From a virus (Duplodnaviria > Caudoviricetes), in the IMG/VR virus record IMGVR_UViG_3300044703_000050, positions 1 to 57,725 of that record: a DNA stretch of 57,725 bases. The stretch is one strand, 5' to 3'. The translations under genes were made by a program, and so were the position numbers. Below the pieces are notes generated by a model. The model had not been told where the DNA came from. It saw nothing but the letters and a program-made list of their open reading frames with translations, and made no database searches. Positions 35,310 to 44,594 of this stretch are shown here, piece after piece (position 1 is the stretch's first letter; every line of letters starts with the position of its first letter).

Positions 35310-36263
35310 ATGGCCAAGACCCGCGCCGATCTGGCCAGCGATGCGCTGAGCAATCTCGGCATCGTCATCCTGGCGGACGGCGCACCCACCCGCACCCGCG
35401 CCGACTGGGTCAATGAGACCCTGTACCTCCTTGGGGTTATCCGGCAGACGGATACGTCGGCAGTGCGCACGCGTTCCGAGCTTGTCAACAACGTCGCCTT
35501 CATCCTCGGCCCGGGCGAGGTCGGACAGGCGCTCAATGCCGACGACTATGCGGCGATCGATATGCGCTTCGACACCGTCATCGGCGACCTCAACGCTCGT
35601 GCGATCGCGACCATCGGGAATGCCAACGCCATTCCGGGCGCCTGGTTCGACGCGCTATCCGCGATCGTCGCCAACGTCTGCAAGGAGAAATACGGCGTCA
35701 CCGGCGACGAGGCGACGAAGCTGCAGGCCGAGGCCGCGCTAGCCGAGGGCAAGCTCAAGACGCTGACCCGGACTGGGCTCGTCGATGAGGTCTTGCCCTC
35801 CATCGTCGGCGACCTCAACGCTCGCTCCATCGCCACCGTTGCCGACCTCGGCGCCATTCCGGGCGCCTGGTTACCCTCACTTGCCGACATCGCGGCCGAG
35901 TTCGTCAAGGGCCGCTTTGGCGTGTCGCCGGAACGCTCGCTGGAACTGACCGCGCGCGCCCAGGCGGCCGAGCGCAAGCTCAAGGCCATGACGCGCGCCT
36001 ACCTTGTCGACCGCAACATCGACGCAATCCTTGCCGATCTCGCGGCGCGCGACATCGTCTATCTGGTCGATCAGAGCGACATTCCCGACGAGTGGTATTT
36101 TCATCTCGCCGCCATCGTGGCCGATCGCTGCAAGGGTAAGTTCGAGCTCGATCCCTTGACGCTGCAGCGGGTGTCGACCGACGGCGCGCAGGCCCTGATG
36201 GATCTGCGCGAATTGACCCGCGGACGGCCGAGCTATCTGCCGCAACAGACGAGCTATTTCTGA
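35310..36263 (+). CDS. Head-tail adaptor (P22 gp4 position), internally triplicated
   Basis: Directly before the gp10-like gene; (K/R)TRxxL/W..AL..LG three times, then DL.AR.I...IP..W three times; terminal GRPSY...YF. Confidence 0.75.
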   Translation: MAKTRADLASDALSNLGIVILADGAPTRTRADWVNETLYLLGVIRQTDTSAVRTRSELVNNVAFILGPGEVGQALNADDYAAIDMRFDTVIGDLNARAIATIGNANAIPGAWFDALSAIVANVCKEKYGVTGDEATKLQAEAALAEGKLKTLTRTGLVDEVLPSIVGDLNARSIATVADLGAIPGAWLPSLADIAAEFVKGRFGVSPERSLELTARAQAAERKLKAMTRAYLVDRNIDAILADLAARDIVYLVDQSDIPDEWYFHLAAIVADRCKGKFELDPLTLQRVSTDGAQALMDLRELTRGRPSYLPQQTSYF

Positions 36264-37690
36264 TGCCGACGGTCGATATCCCGTTCCCGCTGTCGTCGGC
36301 GCCCGGCCGCAGTCCGGGTGAGGGTGCCGGCCGGCTGATCAACTGTTATGCCGAGGCGCTGGGGCCAGAGGCGATCTCGCCGGCGGTGCGGCGGCGGGTG
36401 GCCGGGCTGACCGCGTTTTCGTCGCCCGGCGGGGCGGTTGCGGCCTGCCGCGGCTTCCTCGAGGTCAATGGCCTGCTCTATGCCGTGATCGGGCGCACCA
36501 TGTACGCCATCGCGTCCGATGGCGGCTTCACCATCGTCGGCGTCGTCGCGGGCACGAAAAAAGTGTTCATGGCGCGCAACAACAAGAAGCCCAACCCCGA
36601 CAAGGTGCTGGTGACCGAAAACGGCGCCTTTAGCTTCGATACCACGATCGTCGCGTTCGCCGACCCGAATCTGCCGGTTCCGTGCGGGGTCTGCTTCCAG
36701 GATGGCTTTTTCTTCTTCCCGGTCGGCGACGGCCGCTGCTTTGCCACCGGTGTCAACGACGTCACGGTCAACGCGCTGACATTCTCGACCGCGGAATCGA
36801 AACCCGATGGTCTCGTCACCGCGATTCCGTTCAACAACCAGCTCCTGCTGTTCGGGTCCTACTCGCTGGAATTCTGGTCGAACACGTCCAACGCATTCCC
36901 GGCTTTCCCATACACGCGCTCGGCGGCAGTCTCGCGTGGTCTCGTCGCGTCCACCGCGATCGCTGGTCATCAGGACGGCTTCGGCGGTTCGGCGCTGATC
37001 TGGGTGGCCGACGACAACACAGTGGTGAAATTGGACGGCTACACGCCGGTGAAAATCTCTGCGCCCGATCTCGATAACCTGATCGAGCTCGTCGCCGACA
37101 AGACGACGCTCGAGGCCTGCGTCTACATCGCCGGTGGCCATCCGAAATGGGTGCTCTCGTCGAATGACTGGACTTGGGAGTTTGATCTCAACACACAAAA
37201 GTGGAACGAGCGGGCGAGCTATGGCTTGGCGCGCTGGCGGGCGTCGCAGGCGGTTTACGCCTTCGGCAAATGGCTCGCTGGCGACACTCAGACCGGTTCC
37301 ATATTCCAGATCGACGCTGCCCAGCAAAAAGAGGGCACCAACGCGCTGATCTATCGTCTTGAGAGCGGACCGGCGCAGAACTTCCCTAATCGCACGCGGG
37401 TGGCGCGCGCGGATTTCGACCTGGCGAGCGGCGTCGGCGACGCAACTGGCGCGACGGTGCCGGAAACCGATCCGGTCGCCGAGGTGAGCTGGTCGGACGA
37501 CGGCGGCGCCACCTGGTCGCTGCCAGTGCAGCGGCCGCTCGGCCAGCAGGGTCGCTACCGTCAGCGCATTACCGTCACCGGCAGCGGCAGCTCCGGTCCG
37601 CGCGGCCGGCGCTGGCGGATCGTCATCAGTGATCCGGCCTATGCCGCGATCACGCTTGGACGCCAGTCCACCGAATTGCGGGATCACTGA
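36263..37690 (+). CDS. Packaged-DNA stabilisation / tail hub protein (P22 gp10-like)
   Basis: RLINCYAE, STAESKPD, SLEFW, VSWSDDGGATWS, ISDP. Confidence 0.88.
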   Translation: MPTVDIPFPLSSAPGRSPGEGAGRLINCYAEALGPEAISPAVRRRVAGLTAFSSPGGAVAACRGFLEVNGLLYAVIGRTMYAIASDGGFTIVGVVAGTKKVFMARNNKKPNPDKVLVTENGAFSFDTTIVAFADPNLPVPCGVCFQDGFFFFPVGDGRCFATGVNDVTVNALTFSTAESKPDGLVTAIPFNNQLLLFGSYSLEFWSNTSNAFPAFPYTRSAAVSRGLVASTAIAGHQDGFGGSALIWVADDNTVVKLDGYTPVKISAPDLDNLIELVADKTTLEACVYIAGGHPKWVLSSNDWTWEFDLNTQKWNERASYGLARWRASQAVYAFGKWLAGDTQTGSIFQIDAAQQKEGTNALIYRLESGPAQNFPNRTRVARADFDLASGVGDATGATVPETDPVAEVSWSDDGGATWSLPVQRPLGQQGRYRQRITVTGSGSSGPRGRRWRIVISDPAYAAITLGRQSTELRDH

Positions 37691-37935
37691 TGACGACGGC
37701 CACAGGCAAGCCGCTGCCGGATCCTGGATTGCCCTGGAGCAATCCCGCGACCGGTCGGCCGACGCCGCCGTTCGCCGAATATCTGCAGGCGCTCGAGCTG
37801 ATCGCAAAACTTTTGAACGCCGGCATGGTCGGCCCGCTGGTCGATGCGGCGAACGATGCGGCCGCGGCGGCCGCCGGCGTTCAGATCAACGGCCTCTACC
37901 GTACCGCCAACGCCGTCCAGATCCGACTGGTTTAG
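37690..37935 (+). CDS. Small tail-associated protein
   Basis: TGRPTPPF...AANDAAAAAAGVQINGLYR. Confidence 0.7.
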   Translation: MTTATGKPLPDPGLPWSNPATGRPTPPFAEYLQALELIAKLLNAGMVGPLVDAANDAAAAAAGVQINGLYRTANAVQIRLV

Positions 37936-37947
37936 GAGTACGCCGCC

Positions 37948-38838
37948 ATGGGCATCTTCGACGGCATCTTCAACAATAAGCCGGCCGAGCGGGCGGCGGC
38001 CGCGCAGAGGGCTGGGCTCGAAGCCGGCTATGGCATGGCGCAGCCGTTGCTGCAGCAGGGCGCCGATGCGCTAAAGACGAATTTCGCGGCCGGGCTTGAC
38101 CCGTTCCTGAAAAACTTCGCCACTGCCAATCAGGGCCAACAGACCTATGCCGATGCTGTCGGCGCCAACGGTCAGGAGGGCTTCGACCGCGCGACCACGA
38201 ATTTCCGCGCCGATCCGGGTTTTAAGTTCGCGCTCGATACCGGCAACGAGAATGTGCTGCGCAACGCCGCGCGCACCGGCAACCTCGCGAGCGGCGGGAC
38301 CGACGTCGATCTGATGAAATTTGGCCAGGGTCTCGCCGATCAGCAGTACGGCAATTACGTGCAACGGCTGCAGCCGTTCATCGGCGCGTCGGGTGCGGCT
38401 GCTGGCGGCATCGGCGGGCTCTATGCCGGGCTCGGAACGCAGCTCAACGGCAACTACGGTACCCAGGCCAATCTCGCTTATGGCACGCAGACCGGCATCG
38501 GGAATGCGAACGCGTCGGCCGAGCTCAATCAGGGGAACGTAAACAAGAACATCCTCGGCGCCGGGCAGCAAGGCATGGAGCTCGCCGCAAAGTTCCTGCC
38601 ATTCCTGTTCTCCGACGAGCGCGTCAAGGAAGACATCGAGCCCATAGGCGAGCTCTACGACGGTCAGCCGATCTATCGTTACAAGTACATCGGCGATGAC
38701 CCCACCACTCATATTGGTCTGCTGGCGCAGGAAGTCGAAGAGCTCGAGCCCGACGCGGTCGCTGAGTTCGGTGGCATCAAGGCCGTCGATTACAAGCGCG
38801 CCACCAACTTTGCCGCCGGATTGGCGGAGTTCGTCTGA
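37948..38838 (+). CDS. DNA ejection (pilot) protein with C-terminal peptidase-S74-like domain
   Basis: FRADPGFKF, Gly/Ala-rich body, then SDERVKEDI...IYRYKY...GLLAQEVE...VDY. Confidence 0.8.
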   Translation: MGIFDGIFNNKPAERAAAAQRAGLEAGYGMAQPLLQQGADALKTNFAAGLDPFLKNFATANQGQQTYADAVGANGQEGFDRATTNFRADPGFKFALDTGNENVLRNAARTGNLASGGTDVDLMKFGQGLADQQYGNYVQRLQPFIGASGAAAGGIGGLYAGLGTQLNGNYGTQANLAYGTQTGIGNANASAELNQGNVNKNILGAGQQGMELAAKFLPFLFSDERVKEDIEPIGELYDGQPIYRYKYIGDDPTTHIGLLAQEVEELEPDAVAEFGGIKAVDYKRATNFAAGLAEFV

Positions 38839-40814
38839 TGGCGGCTTGGGATAACGTCTCGCTGCCGGGCGCGCCGCAGGCACCGTCCTATGCGTCGCCG
38901 CTCGTGGACTTTTCGCCGCTCGGCAATCTGGTGAGCGATTTCTACAAGGGCAGTCAGCAGAGCCAGGAGTTCAAGGCCTCGCGCGCATTTCCGAATGGCG
39001 TGCCGCGCGATGCCGCCGGCAATATCGACACCAGCGCGATCGCGGATGCGTCTGCGCGCTATGGCGGCGTCTCCGCGGTCCAGGGCCTGCTGCCGTTCCT
39101 GCAGAAGCAGCAGGAGCTGGATCGCCCAGTGCCGCCGATGCCTGGGATGGATCCTCCGCAACAACAGAGCCAAGCCGGTCCCGCCCCCGCGCCGCGCATC
39201 CTGACGCCGATGACCGGCGCCGCCCCCGCGCCGGCACAGATCCCGGCGCACGGGATTCCGGCACCGAGCACGGCCGTGCCGGCGCCGGGCGGTGACAACG
39301 GTCAGACACTGATGGGACTCGTCGCCGGCAAGGTCGGCGACGAGCAGGCCGGCAAGGTCGTCGCGGACCTCGTGCGCATGGCGCCGCAGATCGGCGACCC
39401 GAACGCGCCACAGACGCCGGAACGGCTGGCCAATATCGGGAAATTCGTCGACGGCTATCTCAAACGCGCGGGCGCCGCCGGCGGTCAGCTGTCTGCGCCT
39501 GGCGGACCTCCTGCCGCGGGGACGCCCGTCACCGTCGCCCAGGGTGGGCCGGCGCCGTCACCGCAGGGCGGACCCGGCGGCGCCGGTACTCCGCAGCAGC
39601 CATCACCGGCATCGGTCATGGTACCGCCCGCCTATCGTGGCCGTGAGCTCGAATTCGCGCAACAGCTGCGAACGCAGGCCGATCAGACGCGGCTGCGCGC
39701 GCGCCGTGAAGGCATCGTCGGCATTCCGAGCAAGGCGATGGAGGACCGCGCAGCGGCCTTCGACAACCAGGCCGCCAAGATCGAGGAGGCGCTCGGCACT
39801 GCGGCACAGCCGACGCCGGAGATGAAGAACGCCAGCGCGTCGGGCGGGCTGACGCCGCTCCAATTCGAAAATTCCAAGATCATCGCCAAGGTCGCCGCCG
39901 AGAACAGCGCGCTGACGCCGGAGCAAAAGCTCTACGAGCAGGCGACGCAGCAAGGCTATCGCGGCTCGGTCGACCAGTTCCACGTCGACCTCGCGGGGCG
40001 AAAAAAGGCCGGCGAGGTCGCCGCCGAGAACAGCGCGCTGACGCCGGAGCAAAAGAACGCGCGCGGCGCCGGGGTGTCCAGTCCGCTCGACTATCAGCGC
40101 CAGCAAGAGCAGCAGAAGGCCGACATCACCGCCGGCGAGAAGAAATACGAGGGCATCCAGCACCAGGCCGACGAGGCCCACAACCTGGTGCAGACCCTGC
40201 GGCTCAACCAGTCGCTGATGGATGATCCCAATTTCTATTCGGGTACCGGCGAAGAATATAATTTGATGTGGAAGCGCATCGGCGCCTCGCTCGGGCTCAC
40301 CGATCCGAATGCGGCGGTTGCGCAGGAGGCGTTCCGCAAGACGGTCTCGAGCGCGATCCTCGATCAGATCCGCTCGCTCGGCGGCCAGGGGCTCGGCCAG
40401 GTGCGCGTCGCCGAGATCAACGTGATGAAGCAGGCGGCGCAGAACCAGGACAACACACCGGCGGCGAACCGGTTGTTGTCGGAGATGCAGATGCGGCTCG
40501 CCACCAAGTGGACGCTGCCGATCGCGGAGCTCGCGCAGGCCTATAAGGACGGCGGCTCGGTCACCATCGACGGCCAGACCTATATGCTGCCGAAGCACGG
40601 CTCGCTCGATGCCGGCTTCGACAAGCTGAAGACCAAGTACATCAACGAGCATCCGCTGCTGTCGAAGGAAGATCTCGAGGACACCCGCCGCATCGCTCCG
40701 CCGCTGGTGCGATCGCCCGCGGACCTGAAGAAAATTGGCTGGAAGGACGGCACGCCGTTCCGCACGCCGGACGGCCGTATCTTTACGCATTTCTCGCCGC
40801 AGGGACCGCAATAA
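38838..40814 (+). CDS. Internal virion / ejection protein
   Basis: Position; Pro/Gly-rich linkers; TPE(Q/M)K repeats. Confidence 0.7.
   Translation: MAAWDNVSLPGAPQAPSYASPLVDFSPLGNLVSDFYKGSQQSQEFKASRAFPNGVPRDAAGNIDTSAIADASARYGGVSAVQGLLPFLQKQQELDRPVPPMPGMDPPQQQSQAGPAPAPRILTPMTGAAPAPAQIPAHGIPAPSTAVPAPGGDNGQTLMGLVAGKVGDEQAGKVVADLVRMAPQIGDPNAPQTPERLANIGKFVDGYLKRAGAAGGQLSAPGGPPAAGTPVTVAQGGPAPSPQGGPGGAGTPQQPSPASVMVPPAYRGRELEFAQQLRTQADQTRLRARREGIVGIPSKAMEDRAAAFDNQAAKIEEALGTAAQPTPEMKNASASGGLTPLQFENSKIIAKVAAENSALTPEQKLYEQATQQGYRGSVDQFHVDLAGRKKAGEVAAENSALTPEQKNARGAGVSSPLDYQRQQEQQKADITAGEKKYEGIQHQADEAHNLVQTLRLNQSLMDDPNFYSGTGEEYNLMWKRIGASLGLTDPNAAVAQEAFRKTVSSAILDQIRSLGGQGLGQVRVAEINVMKQAAQNQDNTPAANRLLSEMQMRLATKWTLPIAELAQAYKDGGSVTIDGQTYMLPKHGSLDAGFDKLKTKYINEHPLLSKEDLEDTRRIAPPLVRSPADLKKIGWKDGTPFRTPDGRIFTHFSPQGPQ
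39889..40055 (+). repeat. Exact 41-bp direct repeat within the ejection gene
   Basis: AGGTCGCCGCCGAGAACAGCGCGCTGACGCCGGAGCAAAAG at 39889-39929 and 40015-40055. Confidence 0.9.
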
Positions 40815-42995
40815 ATGGATCCGTGGGAGGCGTTCAGCGACAACGGCCCGGCGCCGGCGCCGCCACCGACGAGTGGTCCTGGTACCGCCGCGGCGGCTGC
40901 TCCTGCGCCCGGCGGCGACCTTTGGGGCGCCTTCGTCGACACCGGGCCGAAGGCAAAGCCGGCGGAGACTGTCTCGACCGCCAAGTCGGCGCTCGAGGGC
41001 TATCTCGACACGGCGGGTTTCGGCTTCCATGACGAGATCAAGGGCCTGTCGGAGGCGTCCGGCCTGCCGGGCTGGATGGGCGGCTTCCGGGCGCCGATTG
41101 GCGCGGTGTGGCTCGGCATCGAGAAGCTCACCGGTGGCGACACAGCGGGTACGGCCTACGAGAACGGCCGCGACGAGATTCGCACGCTCGACAAGGCGGC
41201 GGAGGAGCAGCACCCCGGTGCGTTCCTGACGGGACAGGTCGGTGGTGCGGTGGTGGCGCCCAGCTTGTCGGTCGGCAAGGGCGCGGTGACGGTGGGCCAG
41301 CGGGCGCTACGCGCTGCCGGAACGGGTGCGGTGCAGGGTGGCATCTACGGCGTCGGCAGCGGTGAGACTGCGAGCGATCGCGTCACCCGCGGGCTGGTCG
41401 GTGCCGGCGCGGGCGCCGCGATCGGTGCTGCGGCATCGCCGGTGGTCGATCTTGCGGCGGCCGGACTGCAAAAGGCCGGCCAGACCGTACAGTCGGCGTT
41501 TCGGACGGCGCGTGCTGAATTCGATCCGACCGTCGTCGAGCGGGAAGCCTCAAAGCGCATCGTGGCCAACCAGGCTGCCGACCTCGAGTCGCGTGGGCCC
41601 GCCTGGATGCCCGACGAGATCGCCGCGGCGCAACAGGGCAACATTCCGCTGACCATTGCCGACGCTGGCGGCGAGCGCACGCTCGCACTCGCGCGATCCG
41701 CTGCGAACCAGTCGCCGGAAGGCCGTGCCGCGCTCGAGGAACTGGCGCGCGATCGCTTCGCTGGACAATCGACTCGCGCCGCGGCCGTGATCAAGGGCAT
41801 GACCGGCGTGCGCAACGCAGCCGATGACCAGGCGGCGATTGAGGCGGCGGCGCAGAAAGCCAACCGACCGGCCTATGCGAAAGCCTATGTCGCCGGCGAT
41901 CGCCCGCTGTGGTCACCCGAGCTCGAGCGCCTGACCAGCGCGCCGGCATTGCGCGAAGCGATCACGGGCGCCGCGCAGCGCGGCAAGAACCGTTCGGTAA
42001 GTGAGGGAATGGGCGGCTTCAATCCGACCGCCGAGGTGACCGCCGACGGACGTCTCCTGTTCAACAAGGGGCCGACCGGCGTTCCGACTTATCCGAATTT
42101 GCAATTTTGGGATTATGCGCAGCGCGAGCTCCGCGATGCGGCGAACGCAGCGACCCGCGGCGGCAAGAACGAGGAGGCGGGTGCGCTGAAAGGCCTGCAT
42201 CGGCAGCTGCTCACCGAGCTCGACAAGCAGGTGCCGGAATTCCAGCAAGCGCGCACCGGCGCCGCGGGATTCTTCGGCGCCGAGAACGCGCTCGAGGCGG
42301 GCCAGAAGTTCGTCGGCGCCAAGGGAGAGAATGCGGAGTTTGCGCGCGCGCTCGGCAAATTCAATCCGGAGCAGCGCGAGCTGTTCTCGCGCGGCTTTGC
42401 CTCCGAGCTCGCCAACCGCATCCTGGAGCTGCGCGACGGCCAGGATGTCATCAAGCAAGCGTTCCTGACCTCGCCGGCGTCGAAGCAGCGCATCGAAATG
42501 GCGCTCGGTCCCGACCGCGCCCGTCAATTGGAAGTCTATCTGCGGGCGGAGACGCTCGCCGACCGGCTACGCGGAGCGATGGGAAATTCGACCACGGCGC
42601 GTCAACTGACGGAGCTCGGGCTCGCCGGCGCCGGCACGCTGGCCGTGGGTCACGGCGCCATGGAAGGGGAATGGGACACCAAGCACGCGCTCACCGCGGC
42701 GCTCCTGTTCGGGGCCGCGTACGGCAAGCACCGCGCTCAGATACTCGATAACAGCGTCGCGCGACGGATAGGGGAGATGCTGGCCTCGAACGATCCCGCG
42801 GTCTTGCACCAGGGCATCCAGATCGTCGCCAAAAGCACGAAGCTCACCGACGCGTTGCGTACCGCCGGCGACAAGATCAGCGCAGCTCTGGCCGGCAAGG
42901 TCGCGCCGCGGAGCGGATTGTCCGCCATTCAAGGCCCAGCACGCAGCGCTGCCGATGGCGAACAGCCAAAGCCCGAAGGGGTAGTCAACAAGTAG
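40815..42995 (+). CDS. Large internal virion / ejection protein
   Basis: DPWEAF repeat, GFGFHDEI, EQHPGAFLTGQVGG, GNSTTARQL. Confidence 0.75.
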   Translation: MDPWEAFSDNGPAPAPPPTSGPGTAAAAAPAPGGDLWGAFVDTGPKAKPAETVSTAKSALEGYLDTAGFGFHDEIKGLSEASGLPGWMGGFRAPIGAVWLGIEKLTGGDTAGTAYENGRDEIRTLDKAAEEQHPGAFLTGQVGGAVVAPSLSVGKGAVTVGQRALRAAGTGAVQGGIYGVGSGETASDRVTRGLVGAGAGAAIGAAASPVVDLAAAGLQKAGQTVQSAFRTARAEFDPTVVEREASKRIVANQAADLESRGPAWMPDEIAAAQQGNIPLTIADAGGERTLALARSAANQSPEGRAALEELARDRFAGQSTRAAAVIKGMTGVRNAADDQAAIEAAAQKANRPAYAKAYVAGDRPLWSPELERLTSAPALREAITGAAQRGKNRSVSEGMGGFNPTAEVTADGRLLFNKGPTGVPTYPNLQFWDYAQRELRDAANAATRGGKNEEAGALKGLHRQLLTELDKQVPEFQQARTGAAGFFGAENALEAGQKFVGAKGENAEFARALGKFNPEQRELFSRGFASELANRILELRDGQDVIKQAFLTSPASKQRIEMALGPDRARQLEVYLRAETLADRLRGAMGNSTTARQLTELGLAGAGTLAVGHGAMEGEWDTKHALTAALLFGAAYGKHRAQILDNSVARRIGEMLASNDPAVLHQGIQIVAKSTKLTDALRTAGDKISAALAGKVAPRSGLSAIQGPARSAADGEQPKPEGVVNK

Positions 42996-43117
42996 CCAGA
43001 CGGCCGCAAGGCTGGCGGTGAGGGCGCGCTGCATGCCGGCAAGCATGGCATGCGTCCCGCAGAGTCGCAATCCCGTCCGACCGCGCCACGCGGTTCGCTA
43101 ACGGAGACTTCTCAAAC

Positions 43118-44185
43118 ATGAAACTTCTGTCCCGCGCCCTCTTCGGCGCGCTCGCGCTCCTGTGCGCGCCGCTGCCCGCCTCTGCCACCGGCATCCTGCC
43201 GCTGTCGGGCCAACAGCAGTTCGACAATGCGACCGCGGGCTTCCTCAACGCCGGGTGTATGTGGATCTTCGCCACCGGCACGACGACGCCGCGCACGGTC
43301 TATACTGACTTCGCGCTGACCGTCCCGCATCCATCGCCGATCGTCCTCAATTCGGTCGGTCGCGTGCCGCCGATCTACGGCGCCGACGGTGCGGTGCGGG
43401 TGCGGGTGCGCTCAAAGAATACCGACGGCAGCGCCGGCTGCCTCGTCAGCGGGGTCCTGCAGTTCGACCAGGACAACGTCGCGCTCGTCACCGCGGCCGC
43501 CAGCGGCAGCTCTTTGCCGATCCCCGACGCCACCCAGATCTGGGGCACCGGCGACATCAAGGTCCGCTACGACGACCAGCCGGTCGAAGGTTATGTCCGG
43601 CTCAACGGCCGCACCATCGGGTCGGCGACGTCGGGCGCGGCCGAGCGCGCCAATGCCGACGCCGAGGCGCTGTTCAAGTTCCTGTGGGGTTTTTCCAATG
43701 TCTCGGTGGTGACCGGCAAAGGCGCGAGCGCCGCCGCCGACTGGGCGGCGAACAAGCAGCTTACGCTCCCCGACATGGCGGGACGCCTGCTCGGTGCGCG
43801 CGATGATCTCGGCAACGGCGCCGCCGGGCGCATCACCGCCGCCACGGTGACAGGGCCGACCGCCGTCGGCGCCGCCGGCGGCACCGAGAAGGGCACGATT
43901 GCGCAGGCCAACCTGCCGAACGTCAACTTCCCGGTGTCCGGCATCACGCTTTCGGATACCCGCACCTGGGGCTGGTCGAAGCCCGGGTCCAACGCCGGCG
44001 TCACCGGCGCCACCGACGCCATCCTGCAGCCGAGCGGCACCAACACGACGATCACCGACACCGTGACGGTGACCGGCGGCGAGCTGGCGGTCGCGACGCA
44101 AGGCACCGCCGCCTCCGGCGGCGCCGGCACGGCGTTCAACACCATCGCGCCCGTGATGCTGTTCACCACCTACATCAAGCTGTGA
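43118..44185 (+). CDS. Tail fibre / tail-collar protein with signal-peptide-like N-terminus
   Basis: Head-binding-like N domain (FATGTTTP...PIVLNSVGR), collar motif GDIK...GYVRLNG...LPDMAGR, C-terminal YIKL. Confidence 0.8.
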   Translation: MKLLSRALFGALALLCAPLPASATGILPLSGQQQFDNATAGFLNAGCMWIFATGTTTPRTVYTDFALTVPHPSPIVLNSVGRVPPIYGADGAVRVRVRSKNTDGSAGCLVSGVLQFDQDNVALVTAAASGSSLPIPDATQIWGTGDIKVRYDDQPVEGYVRLNGRTIGSATSGAAERANADAEALFKFLWGFSNVSVVTGKGASAAADWAANKQLTLPDMAGRLLGARDDLGNGAAGRITAATVTGPTAVGAAGGTEKGTIAQANLPNVNFPVSGITLSDTRTWGWSKPGSNAGVTGATDAILQPSGTNTTITDTVTVTGGELAVATQGTAASGGAGTAFNTIAPVMLFTTYIKL

Positions 44186-44192
44186 GGCGTCA

Positions 44193-44594
44193 ATGTTCCG
44201 AGGCGCTTTCCCAGCGATAAGCAACCGCCAAAGCTTCATCGATGCCGTCGAACTCTATGACGACGAGGACGGCACGCTGGTCGACCTGACGGGCTGCATC
44301 ATTCAGGTCGAAATCAGGCCGGCCGGACTGTCGTGGCCGAGCGACAGCTATTGGTCCGCCGGATGGGGATGGGGTTACGGCCTCTTCGGCTCGACGCGCC
44401 TGCTCGCATCGACCGCGGATGGCTCAATCATCATTCCCGACGTCGGCACCTTCATCTTCACGTTCACGCCGGCACAGATCGCCTCGTTATGCCCGGGTCT
44501 TTACGAGCTCGCAGCGAACATCTCGCGAGACGATGAAACCGTTCAACTCATCCTTGGAACCATGCCGGTTCTCGACGGAGTCGTGCCGCAATGA
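44193..44594 (+). CDS. BppU-like Ig-fold tail adaptor
   Basis: DGTLVDLTGC...GSIII...FTFTPAQIASLCPGLY. Confidence 0.65.
   Translation: MFRGAFPAISNRQSFIDAVELYDDEDGTLVDLTGCIIQVEIRPAGLSWPSDSYWSAGWGWGYGLFGSTRLLASTADGSIIIPDVGTFIFTFTPAQIASLCPGLYELAANISRDDETVQLILGTMPVLDGVVPQ

Noticed and set aside
39889-40055. 41-bp direct repeat as a recombination or att site
   Set aside because: It is an in-frame duplication of VAAENSALTPEQK within a repeat-rich ejection protein.
39603-41213. Long antisense ORFs (536 aa here; also 28543-29820, 36254-37807, 3486-4667)
   Set aside because: Shadow ORFs of GC-rich coding strands, with Arg/Ala-rich composition and no motifs.
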